Source of the DNA: Bacteroidota bacterium
GTDB lineage: Bacteria > Bacteroidota > Bacteroidia > J057
NCBI GenBank assembly: GCA_039197765.1
Contig: JBCCTX010000076.1
Span: forward strand, 1-24,307
DNA: 24,307 bases
Direction of reading: 5' to 3'
Position numbers and translations under genes: made by a program. Positions within the stretch are counted from its first letter, which is position 1; every line of letters begins with the position of its first letter. The notes under the pieces are model-generated. The model was not told the DNA's origin and searched no databases. It saw only the letters and a list, made by a program, of their open reading frames with translations. Below, in pieces: positions 9,180 through 17,533 of the stretch.

Positions 9180-10028
9180 TTACTTATAACTTGCCAGTCC
9201 ATAATTGTAATTCTGTTGTTGATGGGCTGCGATATAGCCTTTGTAGTCCCCTTTTCTCCCATTAATTAGCAAGCTTTTGTTGAGGGAATTGAACCTCCGC
9301 TCTACTTCTGCAAGTACTTCAGGGTCATTAAGCTTATCTTGGTAGTAGGAGACGTTCCGCCAATATTTCCTATAGTTGTATTTACCTGCATAATACCTGA
9401 TAGCCATTTGAACTTTGGTCAGTCCTTTGATTCGGGGTTTATGCATGTAGCAGTGCAACATCCTTCCAGCGGCATCTATATTGTATATCGGATGAAATCG
9501 GTCGTCATGCACAATGAGTTTTTTTCGGTCGTATTTATGGGTTTGGATTAATTTTCTCAATTCTCTCCCATGCGTGGTAGAACGGAGTTTGTTAAAATTT
9601 TTGTACGTCTTTAACCCAAATTCATAAGCAGTAGACCCTTGCATATGACACAATCCGATCCCTCCATCGTCTAGGCAATTGGGCAATAGGTCGGCTCCGT
9701 GCGTCTCCTGAATAATCATAGCTAGTAAAAGGTTCCTGGGTAGGTCGTATTTGTCCTCTACCATTTCTGTAATATTCTTGAAACGCATGGATCGCAGGAT
9801 TCCTCCATATAGAATGGTTGAATGAGAAGGACTCTCAATCCCACAGTCTCCCACGGCTCCGAGCATTTTTAAATTTTTAAACGTAGGCTCGCTATGAACT
9901 TCCTCATAGGAAAAGTTATTTGTGGGCTTCGTTTTGTAGCAGGAGTTGGTAGGAGACGGGTAAGGCATGGGACTCATACTTACATGCAACAGCAAGATAA
10001 GTATGCACGCGGGGCTATTGATTTTCAT
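9180..10028 (-). CDS. Lytic transglycosylase (SLT/GH23-like domain) protein, secreted.
   Basis: 282 aa with an N-terminal signal peptide. The core LLAMIIQETHGADLLPNCLDDGGIGLCHMQGSTA matches the SLT-domain pattern (catalytic E-S/T ... G-L-M-Q). It sits 26 nt upstream of the nagZ-like gene on the same strand, so co-transcription is likely. Confidence 0.6.
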   Translation of the reverse strand: MKINSPACILILLLHVSMSPMPYPSPTNSCYKTKPTNNFSYEEVHSEPTFKNLKMLGAVGDCGIESPSHSTILYGGILRSMRFKNITEMVEDKYDLPRNLLLAMIIQETHGADLLPNCLDDGGIGLCHMQGSTAYEFGLKTYKNFNKLRSTTHGRELRKLIQTHKYDRKKLIVHDDRFHPIYNIDAAGRMLHCYMHKPRIKGLTKVQMAIRYYAGKYNYRKYWRNVSYYQDKLNDPEVLAEVERRFNSLNKSLLINGRKGDYKGYIAAHQQQNYNYGLASYK

Positions 10029-10163
10029 GAATTTCAGTTTACAGTAAATTCACCCTAAAGATGTTACTGTCAGGTAAAAAGTTGTAAAAAAACTTACCTA
10101 ATTCTCTCCGATAAGGTTAAGGTAATGGAGTAAAAATAACTTTGACTAGGAAATAGGTTGATA

Positions 10164-10937
10164 TTACCATTTTTGTATTATTCTCCTAGGTTCAGAGCCT
10201 TCAAAAAATAAGGTATCTGTCCAAAATTGGGTAGATAGGGGTTCTGTGGAGAACTCACTTTCAAACTCCTCAATGGTAATTTCTCGTAAGATGGGACGGT
10301 CTATAGGCAGGCAAAAAAAGTAGTAGGAGGTATCAAACCCGCCACTGTTTGTGAAATACCAACTTTGGTAGAATTGAGCTTCTCCCAGATTTTTGTATTC
10401 GTGTTGAAATCTTCTGAAGTTAGAATTCGTAGCTGAGGAGGTATCTATTACTTGTAAATCAATTTGAGTACTTCTTACGAGATCGAATTCAATCTCAAAC
10501 GTATCTGTGGGAAAATTCGTCGCAAATATTTCCTTTACAAGTGGTATCTCTGGATTATTAGAAGAATATGCACATCTGGGGATGTCCCAACTTACCCGAA
10601 AATAGAAAGTGTCTTTGGAAAAGAGTTCTCGGATAGAGAACTGACTGCGATTCTGCCCGAGAAAGTGGTTCCGGTAAGCGGTATCACTTACGGTAAACTC
10701 AAATTCACCCATTTCATCTGCTAGGGCTCCTGAGGATACTTCCCTTTCAAAAGTGGCTGATATTCTTGCTTTAGCGAGGTAGGCCTGCGTATCCTTGTCG
10801 AAAATTCTCCCCTTAAATACATAGGTAAAACTTTTTTGGGGGTCAAAATCTTCCTGTGGATCGTCTTCTGTACAAGCCACTATACAGGTTAAGGCAAGCA
10901 ACAAGGATTTTATAGGCTTGTGAGGGAAAAGGAACAT
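10164..10937 (-). CDS. Hypothetical lipoprotein.
   Basis: 257-aa ORF with a lipobox-like N-terminus (LLLALTCIVACTEDD). Same strand as the SLT and nagZ-like genes. No motif recognised. Confidence 0.5.
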   Translation of the reverse strand: MFLFPHKPIKSLLLALTCIVACTEDDPQEDFDPQKSFTYVFKGRIFDKDTQAYLAKARISATFEREVSSGALADEMGEFEFTVSDTAYRNHFLGQNRSQFSIRELFSKDTFYFRVSWDIPRCAYSSNNPEIPLVKEIFATNFPTDTFEIEFDLVRSTQIDLQVIDTSSATNSNFRRFQHEYKNLGEAQFYQSWYFTNSGGFDTSYYFFCLPIDRPILREITIEEFESEFSTEPLSTQFWTDTLFFEGSEPRRIIQKW

Positions 10938-11081
10938 AGGAATAGGAGTTTCTCAGGTTATTTGTTTTACTATCAGGGAGCTACATCTATGAAACTTAAA
11001 AATTCACACCCTGTTTAACTACTAGATTTTTTCCCAACTATTTAGGCATAATGTAAGTATAAGAAGGAAAATAACAACCCC

Positions 11082-11579
11082 ATGAAAAGACTATTGGTTA
11101 TAGCTTTGAGTTTAGGAATTAGCCTTTGGGCTTTTGGTCAAGAAACGATTGAGGTCAAAGGAATGAAATTTTCTTATCAGGTGCTCGGGGACGAGATCGA
11201 AATAGAACTAGAGGCCCCCACGATGGGATGGGTAGGGGTCGGCTTCAACGAGCGCGATGATATTGTTAGAAGTGATTTGTATTTATTTCATGTAGTAGGA
11301 GATGAAGTTGAGGGGCTGGATATGTATGTCGTCGGTGCAGGTAATCCCAAAGAAGATACAGAGCTTGGGGGAACCATGGATGTGGAAGCTTTGGAGGGTA
11401 AAGAGGGGGGAATGCACACCTGGATTAAGTTCAGACTACCTTTTCCTAGTACTGACACTCATGACTTTTCTCACCGGGCCGGAAAGCAGTTTTGGTTGAT
11501 CTTGGCGTATTCCACACATGATGAGTTTGACCATCACTCGCGGATGCGGGAGCACGTCTCCTTTACCTTTGAGAAATAA
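11082..11579 (+). CDS. Small secreted protein, possibly DOMON-like beta-sandwich.
   Basis: 165 aa with a cleavable signal peptide (MKRLLVIALSLGISLWAFGQE). The MGWVGVGFNE...SDLYLFHVVG pattern resembles DOMON/haem-binding beta-sandwich domains (GW[VI]xxGF...D). Weak, from memory. Confidence 0.45.
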   Translation: MKRLLVIALSLGISLWAFGQETIEVKGMKFSYQVLGDEIEIELEAPTMGWVGVGFNERDDIVRSDLYLFHVVGDEVEGLDMYVVGAGNPKEDTELGGTMDVEALEGKEGGMHTWIKFRLPFPSTDTHDFSHRAGKQFWLILAYSTHDEFDHHSRMREHVSFTFEK

Positions 11580-11609
11580 CCGTTATTGAAAACCTCCAGA
11601 CGATCAATT

Positions 11610-13268
11610 CTACTTCAATACCTCAAATGTAGTAGTTTCTGTATCTTCAAAGCCAAATTCATCTTTTGCGAAGATCTCCACCGAATGAATTCCAGGTTCT
11701 AATTCTGGAAGCCTATACTGCCAGATGTGGGATGATACTGCCGGAGGTTGATAGGCATCGGGGGTATTTTCATATTTCTCGTATTCCCTTGCGTAGCCCG
11801 GGTCTGTCTGCTCGACATACTCCATGGCAATGGGGGAATCCCCATCCAAAGAGATATGAACTTCATCCCTTTCTCCTCCATCAAAGAAATTAACAACGAT
11901 ATAGGTGCTATCCTGTTGTATTCCTCGGTCTAGCTCTACCGGATTCCCTTCAAAAGGAAGTAAGGGAGGATCTAGCATTATTCGCAAGCGGTCTGTGGGA
12001 TCGCCACCTGCAGGAATAAACCTAGGGCGCATGTGGGCTCCTTCAAAATAGAACACATAGTATCCATTGGGGTTACCATCTTCCATAGTTGCCGCTCGAA
12101 CTCCGCGTTCATCACGAGGTCCTTTCTCCCAGCCACTTCCTCGAACTTCAGCCAAGGTATGGGCGATAAAAGGACGGCCGTACCATCCGTGGCGGTGATT
12201 CACCTCAACTTTCCAACTATTGCTAGTATCATGGCCTGAGATGGTATAGATGTGTTCAAATCGACTTAGGATCTTCAGAAGTTCCTTGAAATTGTCTGTA
12301 TTTATACCTTCAGGGAAAGATCTGTTGTCGGCATAAGTTATCAAGGGAATATGAGTGAGGATAATGATGAGTTTATCCGAGGGAACATCCTGCAAGTCAT
12401 TCTCAACCCATTGCATCTGAAGGGAATCTATATGCCCAATATAGCCCTGCTCTTTGCCCAGGTAACCAACATTGTTAAGCGCCAAGAAATGCACTGACCC
12501 ATAGTCAAAAGAGTAGTAATCAGGTCCAAATACACGTTTGAAGGTTTGCGTAGCCAATTGATAAGTAGGAGATTCTTGATTAAGGTCGTGATTCCCCGGT
12601 ACATTCCACATGGGGATATTTATTTGGGCCATGAGTCGGTTATGGCGCTCATAGAGAGCGAGGTTGTCGTTGACCACATCACCCGCAACCAGGCCAAACT
12701 TGGCCTCATAGGGATTGCCAAAAAGTTCGTCTATGATGTCCTTGCGCATCATGTCCAGGTCTTCGTGGGTTCCGGTTTGGGGATCGGCGAAGCCCATGGC
12801 CTTGAAAGTATCAGCAGGTGTTTCCTTAAATAAGGCAAAATCGATTCGCTCAGGCAAAGGGCCAGTAGGTTCTATCACGGGCCATTTCCAATTGGCTATA
12901 TCAGGGGTCCCTTCTGGATAGTGATGGTAGTAAAATTGAGGGAGTTGGACTTCATTGAGGGGAAGGCGGTAACTAGCAGGTTTGGAGAGGAACAAGGTTC
13001 TTCCGGGAGGAAGGGCGATTTGATAGGTACCCTGTGCATCGGTATGAACTACCTCTACTCCGTTAGAGATTTTCACATTGGGAATACCAGATTCCCCAGG
13101 GTCGTAAAGGTCGTTTTGGTTACTGTCCAGATAGACGGTGCCTTGGGCTTGTTGAGCTTGGAGAGGAACTTGTGAGAGAACAGGAATCGAAAATAGAGAA
13201 GCCAGGATTACATAGTTCACAATCCTGTGGTTTTTATTACCTATAAGGATAGGAAGCAATAAATCCAT
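11610..13268 (-). CDS. Calcineurin-like metallophosphoesterase with signal peptide and C-terminal beta-rich extension.
   Basis: Metallophosphoesterase motifs GDVVNDN (GDxxDR-like) and GNHD are present (FGLVAGDVVNDN...WNVPGNHDLN). The listed ORF extends to 13532, but that N-terminal extension overlaps the upstream flotillin gene and has no signal peptide. ATG at 13268 gives MDLLLPILIGNKNHRIVNYVILASLFSIPVLSQ, a plausible signal peptide, and removes the overlap, so the start is placed at 13268 (552 aa). Confidence 0.7.
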   Translation of the reverse strand: MDLLLPILIGNKNHRIVNYVILASLFSIPVLSQVPLQAQQAQGTVYLDSNQNDLYDPGESGIPNVKISNGVEVVHTDAQGTYQIALPPGRTLFLSKPASYRLPLNEVQLPQFYYHHYPEGTPDIANWKWPVIEPTGPLPERIDFALFKETPADTFKAMGFADPQTGTHEDLDMMRKDIIDELFGNPYEAKFGLVAGDVVNDNLALYERHNRLMAQINIPMWNVPGNHDLNQESPTYQLATQTFKRVFGPDYYSFDYGSVHFLALNNVGYLGKEQGYIGHIDSLQMQWVENDLQDVPSDKLIIILTHIPLITYADNRSFPEGINTDNFKELLKILSRFEHIYTISGHDTSNSWKVEVNHRHGWYGRPFIAHTLAEVRGSGWEKGPRDERGVRAATMEDGNPNGYYVFYFEGAHMRPRFIPAGGDPTDRLRIMLDPPLLPFEGNPVELDRGIQQDSTYIVVNFFDGGERDEVHISLDGDSPIAMEYVEQTDPGYAREYEKYENTPDAYQPPAVSSHIWQYRLPELEPGIHSVEIFAKDEFGFEDTETTTFEVLK

Positions 13269-13297
13269 GAAAAGGTAATTTAGGCTTAAACAATTTT

Positions 13298-13322
13298 GGG
13301 GGTCCTGAGGACCCCCAATTTT
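13298..13322 (-). terminator. Perfect GC-rich hairpin between flotillin and the metallophosphoesterase gene; a terminator or attenuator candidate.
   Basis: GGGGGTCC-TGA-GGACCCCC (8-bp perfect stem, 3-nt loop) at 13298-13316. On the minus strand it is followed by AAAATTGTTT, which is only partly U-rich. On the plus strand it is followed by AATTTTCC. It lies 20 nt downstream of the flotillin stop. Strand and function are ambiguous. Confidence 0.35.
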
Positions 13323-13335
13323 CCATTCATAATTT

Positions 13336-14967
13336 TCAACTTTCAATTCCCTCTTCTTCTTTTCCATTTTCCTTAATGATTTCCACCTCCACCTCTTCTT
13401 GCTGTTTCTTGGCCAGGTAATCGGGTAGTTCCAACCCTGCCATTTGGAAGAGTTCAGCCAAAGGAGGCATAGACTGATAGAGCCCTGAGATAAAGCGGGA
13501 GGTTGAAGTTCCTTCCCCATGGCCATTTCCACCTCCGCCTTCCCAGACCGTAACCTTGTCGATCTTGATATTCTTGATGGCCTCTACCTGGAGTTCTACC
13601 AATTCGGGTAATTTGTCCGCAATCATCAGCAATACCGCTTCGCGGGCCTCGCCATTGGCGGCTTTGACGATCTTATCGAATCCTTCGGCTTGCTTACTCA
13701 AGATTTCAAATAAGCCCATCGCTTCAGCTTGTCGCTTGGCCAGAATCGCATCAGCGTCCCCTTTCGCCAGTTCGCGAATGCGTTCCGCTTCTGCCTGGGC
13801 TTTGATGACGGCCTTCTGCTTTTCAATCTCTGCCTGGACGATGATGTCCGCTTGCTTTTGGGCCATTTCACGTTGGGCACGGGCCTCTTCTGCTTCTTTT
13901 TCCGCTTTGTATGCCTCTTCCAGGGCTTTGGCTTTTTGAATTTTTTCGGCAGCAGTTGCGCGGCTATTGGCTTCTGCTTCTTTTTCCCGACGCTGAGCCT
14001 CAGAATTGGCAATGGTGATTTTAGCAAGGTTTTCCCCTTCGACTGCCTGGGCGTTGGCCTCGGCTTCACCCACCTTAGCCTGTGCTTCTGCATTGGCTAC
14101 CTGAATTCTTTCTTCCTGTTTGATTTTTGCAACCCCTGCTGCTGCCAAACTATTGGCTTCCGCTTCCCTTTCACGGCGCTTTGCCTCTGAATTTGCCACC
14201 GTGATTTTAGCGAGGTTTTCCCCTTCTACAGACTGGGCATTGGCTTCAGCCTCACCGACTTTTGCGGTTGCTTCCGAGTTGGCGACTTCTACGCGCTCCT
14301 CTTGCTGGGCTTTTGCCTCTCCGATAGAGCCATCACGGGTTTTTTCGGCTACCAGTTTACGTGCCTGGTTTACGGCTTGTGCTGCTGCTTCCTTACCCAA
14401 AGCTTCAATATATCCCGACTCATCATGAATATCCGTTACGTTTACGTTGATGAGGTTGAGACCGATTTTTTTCAATTCTGAACCTACATTGGTATATACA
14501 TTTTCAACAAACTTGTCCCTGTCAGCATTGATTTCCTCTATGTCCATCGTGGCAATTACCAGACGCATTTGTCCTACTATAATATCCTGGGCCAAATCAC
14601 GGATACTCTCCATCTTGAGCCCTAGCAAACGATTGGCAGCATTTTCCATGATACCGGGTTCGTTGGAGATACCTACAGTGAAGCGCGAGGGAACATCCAT
14701 ACGAATATTCTGACGGCTTAATGCACCCGTTAAATTTACCTCTATAGATAAGGGAGTCAGGTCGAGAAACTGATAGGATTGAAAAACCGGTACGACAAAG
14801 GCTGCCCCTCCATGTATACACTTGGAAGCCCCTTGCCCCGTTTTTCCATAAACTACCAGAATCTTGTCGGATGGGCAACGCTTGTACTGAATGACAAACA
14901 ATATGAGTAGTAGGAATAAAATTCCTATCGCTACGAGCAAAACACTTGTGAAGGTTGACATGGGCAT
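13336..14967 (-). CDS. Flotillin-like SPFH/band-7 protein (YqiK/FloT-like) with EA-rich repeat region.
   Basis: 543 aa. N-terminal TM helix (VLLVAIGILFLLLILFVI). An SPFH-like core (KILVVYGKTGQG... through VGISNEPGIMENAANRLLGLKMESIRDLAQDIIVGQMRLVIATMDIEEIN) is followed by a long Ala/Glu-rich coiled region, as is typical of bacterial flotillins. It is immediately downstream of a YqiJ/NfeD-like gene on the same strand, which is the classic pairing. Confidence 0.85.
   Translation of the reverse strand: MPMSTFTSVLLVAIGILFLLLILFVIQYKRCPSDKILVVYGKTGQGASKCIHGGAAFVVPVFQSYQFLDLTPLSIEVNLTGALSRQNIRMDVPSRFTVGISNEPGIMENAANRLLGLKMESIRDLAQDIIVGQMRLVIATMDIEEINADRDKFVENVYTNVGSELKKIGLNLINVNVTDIHDESGYIEALGKEAAAQAVNQARKLVAEKTRDGSIGEAKAQQEERVEVANSEATAKVGEAEANAQSVEGENLAKITVANSEAKRREREAEANSLAAAGVAKIKQEERIQVANAEAQAKVGEAEANAQAVEGENLAKITIANSEAQRREKEAEANSRATAAEKIQKAKALEEAYKAEKEAEEARAQREMAQKQADIIVQAEIEKQKAVIKAQAEAERIRELAKGDADAILAKRQAEAMGLFEILSKQAEGFDKIVKAANGEAREAVLLMIADKLPELVELQVEAIKNIKIDKVTVWEGGGGNGHGEGTSTSRFISGLYQSMPPLAELFQMAGLELPDYLAKKQQEEVEVEIIKENGKEEEGIES
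13963..14301 (-). repeat. Internal in-frame tandem duplication inside the flotillin gene: two ~51-aa units separated by an ~11-aa linker.
   Basis: Protein units EERVEVANSEATAKVGEAEANAQSVEGENLAKITVANSEAKRREREAEANS (aa 223-273) and EERIQVANAEAQAKVGEAEANAQAVEGENLAKITIANSEAQRREKEAEANS (aa 285-335). The DNA copies are clearly similar, e.g. ...gtgattttagcaaggttttccccttcgactgcctgggcgttggcctcggcttcaccc... and ...gtgattttagcgaggttttccccttctacagactgggcattggcttcagcctcaccg... Confidence 0.8.
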
Positions 14968-15259
14968 TAACGATTAAAGATGAATGTATATAAAGTTGAT
15001 CATTTTTTTTCGGTAAAACATCAAAAATTGTTCTAAGGCCAATAGAGGGTTATACCCCTATCCCCAAAACCTATCTATGTATTGGCTCGAAAATACCTTT
15101 AATTATACTATAATATAGACCCCAAAAGCTTGAAAGGGTTGGAAGAGATAGAACTGTAAGGGCAATGAGTCAAGAGCGTGGATAACCTGGTAAATCTCTA
15201 GGTAGATTTGCAGTACGCAACCTTATTCTCGCCCCTATTAACTCACTCCTCATTCCTTG

Positions 15260-15850
15260 TTAAAGCGGCTCCACCCGCAACATAGTATTCTGGATAACCT
15301 CCACCACCCGCACTTTGCTTCCAGTGGGGATTTCGGTTTTACTCTCTGTAATTGCTTCGATTTCTTGGTACAGGTTGCTAAAAGTAATATGGACTTTTCC
15401 CTTTCCTGATCTTGAAGGGGGAATGCGTAAATAGACTTCTCCAATTTCATCTATTGCATTGTACAAGTCGAATTTGTGTCCAGGGTCTTGCATTTTGAGT
15501 AGAAAACGCATAAGGTAAGCAGCCCCTACAAGTGCTAAAATACCCGTGAAAATTGCCCATGCTACCGAGGTGAGGAGGGGATTCCCATTAGATAATGCTG
15601 CAACTCCCGTCCAGCCAAACATCATTAAGCCTGCTAAGATGGTTTTTACAGAGAAAAAGTTGAGGTCTCCAGCTCCGTCAAAGTCTCCCCCTGCAGCATC
15701 CATATCTAAGTCGGCATCTCCATCTAGCCCTAGGAATGAAAGCAGAACCATGAGTAAAAATAAAGAGGTAGACACCAAGGCAATGCCCCAGAATACTTGT
15801 TCAGGGGCAGATAGTTCGGTCCACCAATGGGAAAATGATCCAACATCCAT
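15260..15850 (-). CDS. YqiJ/NfeD-like membrane protein, flotillin partner.
   Basis: 196 aa with TM helices. An acidic DGDADLDMDAAGGDFDGAGD stretch is characteristic of YqiJ (DUF1449)-type proteins, and the C-terminal soluble part is beta-rich. It is on the same strand as the flotillin gene and upstream of it, with a 292-nt gap. Confidence 0.65.
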   Translation of the reverse strand: MDVGSFSHWWTELSAPEQVFWGIALVSTSLFLLMVLLSFLGLDGDADLDMDAAGGDFDGAGDLNFFSVKTILAGLMMFGWTGVAALSNGNPLLTSVAWAIFTGILALVGAAYLMRFLLKMQDPGHKFDLYNAIDEIGEVYLRIPPSRSGKGKVHITFSNLYQEIEAITESKTEIPTGSKVRVVEVIQNTMLRVEPL

Positions 15851-16066
15851 ATGAGAAGCGTTTTACGTACTTATGTCTCTTTTAATAATACTGGTAAATT
15901 TGAAAAACAGTTTCATTAACGGGACCCTATTGGTCTTTTTCTGGTATTTCTCATCCTGAAAGGCTTATATTAGGCCTGAGTTGATAGGATTTAACCTGTA
16001 ATAGAATTCTCCAACTCAAAAGAATCCCTTTGCTTGAATATTCAATTCCAATTTTGACTACTACTT

Positions 16067-17449
16067 ATGAACCACCAAAAGATCTTCTTCTGGTCGATTA
16101 CTGTCGCACTCGCAGGATTCCTCTTTGGCTTTGATACTGTGGTTATATCTGGTGCAGATCAGGCCTTACAAGAATTATGGAATGTAGACCTCCGCTTATT
16201 TGGAGGAAGTATTCACCTATCCCCTGAATTATTTCACGGAACAGTTGTCATGGGGACTGCTTTGATGGGAACAGTCATTGGAGCAATCTTAGGGGGAATA
16301 CCAACCGATCGGTTTGGGAGAAAGAAGACCTTATTGGGAATTGGATTGCTTTACTTTATCTCGGCGGTGGGTTCAGCCTTGGCCAACGATCCCTATATTT
16401 TTGGCCTCTTTAGATTTGTTGGAGGCCTAGGCGTTGGAGCTTCTACCGTGGCTGCACCTGCTTATATTTCCGAAATTGCCCCTTCAGAAAGAAGGGGAAG
16501 GCTAGTAGCATTATATCAGTTTAATATCGTTTTTGGGATTTTACTTGCATTCATTTCCAACTATTTACTGAGAGGGGTAGGGACCGAGCCTTGGCGTTGG
16601 ATGATAGGAGCAGAAGCCTTTCCAGCATTTATATACACGATCATGGTGTTCACCATTCCCAATAGCCCCCGATGGCTTCTGACCTATAAGGGAGATCGCG
16701 AAGGGGCTTCCGAGGTGCTGAAAATGATAAACCTGGAGGAAGATCCCAAGGTCATGCTACAGCAAATTGAGGAAGATCAGAACCAAGTGGATAAGTCGGA
16801 AAGTATCTTTCAAGCACGGTACAGAATCTTACTCATATTGGCCTTTCTCATTGCGTTTTTCAATCAATTATCAGGTATAAATGCCTTTTTGTATTACGCT
16901 CCACGAATATTTGAAGCAGCAGGTTTGGGAGAAAGTACCGCCTTATTGAGTAGTATAGGGATTGGAGTAGCTAATTTGATCTTTACCCTACTAGGGCTTT
17001 ATTTGATCGATAAACTGGGGAGAAAAATTCTCATGTATATAGGGTCAGTAGGCTATATAGTCTCCCTAGGTATGGTAGCAGTAGCTTTTTTCTTAAGTTG
17101 GCAGGGATTGGCTATTCCAATATTCTTGTTTCTGTTTATCGCTTCCCATGCTATTGGGCAGGGAGCTGTAATTTGGGTATTTATATCAGAAATCTATCCC
17201 AACCATCTCCGGGCATATGGACAGTCTTTCGGGAGTTCTACACACTGGGTTCTTGCTTGGCTTATAACCACCTTTATGCCGGCTGTTTTGGCTCGGGTAA
17301 GCAATCCTGGATATGTATTCGCATTCTTCTCGGGAATGATGGTTTTACAGCTGTTATTTGTATGGCGAATGATGCCGGAAACTAAAGGGGTACCGTTAGA
17401 AGAATTGCAAGATAAATTACTTCGAAATAAACCCTCACTATCTGCCTAG
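16067..17449 (+). CDS. MFS sugar-porter family transporter, likely a fructose/sucrose-type sugar:H+ symporter.
   Basis: 460 aa, 12 TM helices. Sugar-porter signatures GRKKTLL (loop 2-3 G-R-[KR]) and PNSPRWLL (the PESPRWL motif). Immediately upstream of a GH32 gene on the same strand. Confidence 0.85.
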   Translation: MNHQKIFFWSITVALAGFLFGFDTVVISGADQALQELWNVDLRLFGGSIHLSPELFHGTVVMGTALMGTVIGAILGGIPTDRFGRKKTLLGIGLLYFISAVGSALANDPYIFGLFRFVGGLGVGASTVAAPAYISEIAPSERRGRLVALYQFNIVFGILLAFISNYLLRGVGTEPWRWMIGAEAFPAFIYTIMVFTIPNSPRWLLTYKGDREGASEVLKMINLEEDPKVMLQQIEEDQNQVDKSESIFQARYRILLILAFLIAFFNQLSGINAFLYYAPRIFEAAGLGESTALLSSIGIGVANLIFTLLGLYLIDKLGRKILMYIGSVGYIVSLGMVAVAFFLSWQGLAIPIFLFLFIASHAIGQGAVIWVFISEIYPNHLRAYGQSFGSSTHWVLAWLITTFMPAVLARVSNPGYVFAFFSGMMVLQLLFVWRMMPETKGVPLEELQDKLLRNKPSLSA

Positions 17450-17533
17450 AGAGCTTTTCCCAAATTCTATTTTTCGAACCAGAACACTACCTATTAGTTT
17501 CACTCACATTCAAAATCCCTAATTTCTTTTCCT

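Noticed and set aside
10029-10163. Imperfect hairpin GGTAAAAAGTT-gtaaaaa-AACTTACC between the lipoprotein and SLT genes as a terminator.
   Set aside because: The stem is AT-rich, bulged and short, and it is not followed by a U-tract on the transcribed (minus) strand. More likely it is just an A-rich Bacteroidota intergenic/promoter region.
13269-13532. N-terminal 88-codon extension of the metallophosphoesterase ORF (listed start 13532).
   Set aside because: It overlaps the 3' end of the flotillin gene and has no signal-peptide character. The internal ATG at 13268 yields a proper signal peptide and a non-overlapping gene.
13729-14190. 153-aa plus-strand ORF (F/C/G-rich) antisense to the flotillin repeat region, and the K/R-rich 131-aa minus-strand alternative-frame ORF at 13698..14093.
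   Set aside because: Both lie entirely inside the flotillin gene. Their odd compositions are what alternative-frame or antisense translation of GCN/GAR-rich repeat DNA gives. There is no independent start context.
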